Source of the DNA: Bacteroidota bacterium
GTDB lineage: Bacteria; Bacteroidota; Bacteroidia; Bacteroidales; FEN-979
NCBI GenBank assembly: GCA_026391755.1
Contig: JAPLDN010000346.1
Span: forward strand, 1-45,053
Direction: 5' to 3'
DNA length: 45,053 bases
Shown here piece by piece: positions 44,158-45,053 of the stretch; position 1 is the stretch's first letter; each line of letters begins with the position of its first letter. The notes beneath the pieces are model-generated. The model did not search any database. It was not told where the DNA came from and saw only the letters and a list, made by a program, of their open reading frames with translations. The position numbers and the translations under genes were made by a program.

Positions 44158-45053
44158 ATGGCAAAATCTAAGCACAATTTCTGCGTGATTATGGCCGGCG
44201 GTATCGGCGCCCGCTTCTGGCCCATGAGCAGGACCAGCCACCCCAAACAGTTCATCGACATCCTGGGTACAGGTGAAACCCTGATCCAGCAAACTTTCAG
44301 GCGGTTCAAGAAGATCTGCCCCCTGGAAAACATTTATGTCGTAACAAACGACATTTATTTTGACCTCGTAAGGCAGCAGATCCCCGAGATGCTGCCCGAC
44401 CAGATCCTGCTGGAACCATCCCGGCGAAATACAGCTCCCTGCATTGCCTATGCCAATTACCGTATTCTATCACGTGACGAGGAAGCCAGGATTGTTGTTG
44501 CCCCTTCGGATCACATTATCCTCAAGGAGGATATCTTCATTGCCAACATCAAATCGGCCCTGGAAGCTTCTTCGGATCACAACTGGCTCCTGACTCTCGG
44601 GATCAGGCCCAGCCGCCCGGATACGGGTTACGGATACATACAATACCTCGAAGGGACAGTTTATCCGAATGACCCCCATATCAGGCGTGTTAAAACATTT
44701 ACCGAGAAGCCAGACCTTGACCTTGCCGTAACCTTCCTGAAATGCGGGGACTTTCTCTGGAATTCGGGGATTTTCATTTGGTCGGTTAAAAGCATAATGA
44801 AAGCCTTTGAAGAGCATCTTCCCGAAGTTGACATTCTGTTTAAGAAAGGGGCAAAGGTGTATAATACGTCTAAAGAAAAAGCCTTTATCCGGGACACCTA
44901 TACTATCTGCAAAAGTATTTCCATCGACTATGGTGTGATGGAAAAGGCAAGCAATGTTTATGTACTAGCTGCAGATTTCGGCTGGTCGGACCTGGGGACC
45001 TGGGGCTCTCTTTTTGAGAACCGCCCCAAAGACAAGCATTCGAATGCAGTTGT
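44158..45053 (+). CDS. manC: Mannose-1-phosphate guanylyltransferase, N-terminal 298 codons; 3' end runs off the window
   Basis: Absent from the ORF track because there is no stop in the window. My translation: MAKSKHNFCVIMAGGIGARFWPMSR..PKQF...LLEPSRRNTAPCIAYA...APSDH...GIRPSRPDTGYGYI...FTEKPD...FLWNSGIFIW...SIDYGVMEKA...DFGWSDLGTW. Confidence 0.85.
   Translation, partial: MAKSKHNFCVIMAGGIGARFWPMSRTSHPKQFIDILGTGETLIQQTFRRFKKICPLENIYVVTNDIYFDLVRQQIPEMLPDQILLEPSRRNTAPCIAYANYRILSRDEEARIVVAPSDHIILKEDIFIANIKSALEASSDHNWLLTLGIRPSRPDTGYGYIQYLEGTVYPNDPHIRRVKTFTEKPDLDLAVTFLKCGDFLWNSGIFIWSVKSIMKAFEEHLPEVDILFKKGAKVYNTSKEKAFIRDTYTICKSISIDYGVMEKASNVYVLAADFGWSDLGTWGSLFENRPKDKHSNAV

Noticed and set aside
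1-45053. Search for CRISPR arrays, tRNA/rRNA genes, transposases, integrases, toxin-antitoxin pairs, restriction-modification or other defence islands
   Set aside because: I saw no spaced direct-repeat arrays, no recombinase or transposase-like ORFs and no terminal inverted repeats. Every ORF of 100 aa or more that I accept, except the 108-aa gene after nuoN, has a housekeeping or envelope-type assignment. The window looks like core genome.

Overview
This window looks like ordinary chromosomal core genome from a Bacteroidota-like anaerobe or facultative anaerobe. I call about 50 protein genes and find no rRNA, tRNA, CRISPR array, transposase, integrase or recognisable defence module. Evidence for the lineage: TAnnTTTG-type -7 boxes sit in front of operons, a TonB/ExbB/ExbD/ExbD cluster is fused to a PstS-like lipoprotein and a TPR protein, the nuo operon has 11 genes and lacks nuoEFG, and the atpBEFHAG operon lacks atpDC. 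Left to right the window holds: hdrC-hdrB-hdrA (hdrA runs off the left edge and is missing from the ORF track), an acyltransferase, the Ton cluster, two small unassigned genes, nuoA-N, ppnP, an exported cyclase-family protein, a DUF3109-like Cys-rich protein, ferritin, the ATP synthase operon, TolC plus a membrane-fusion protein, tsaB, ispG, a lipid kinase, a glycan operon (nitrilase, GT2, deacetylase, O-antigen-ligase-like), pgk, mlaE-mlaF-cvpA, a SprT-like protein, and a partial manC that is also missing from the ORF track. I found no clearly novel multi-gene system. The points most worth a second look: (1) a translationally coupled pair of small genes after nuoN in a complex I with no known electron-input module; (2) a methanogen-type HdrCBA module; (3) a perfect 18-19 bp stem-loop between atpE and atpF; (4) a 5 x 8-nt tandem repeat in the nuoN-downstream spacer; (5) a coding-like 220-nt spacer before ispG; (6) an IspG of plant/three-domain sequence type without the insert domain; (7) a 59-aa lipoprotein ORF below the track cutoff. 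Several track ORFs start at TTG or GTG, and I trimmed those to the first ATG. All functional calls rest on motif recognition by eye. No database search was run.
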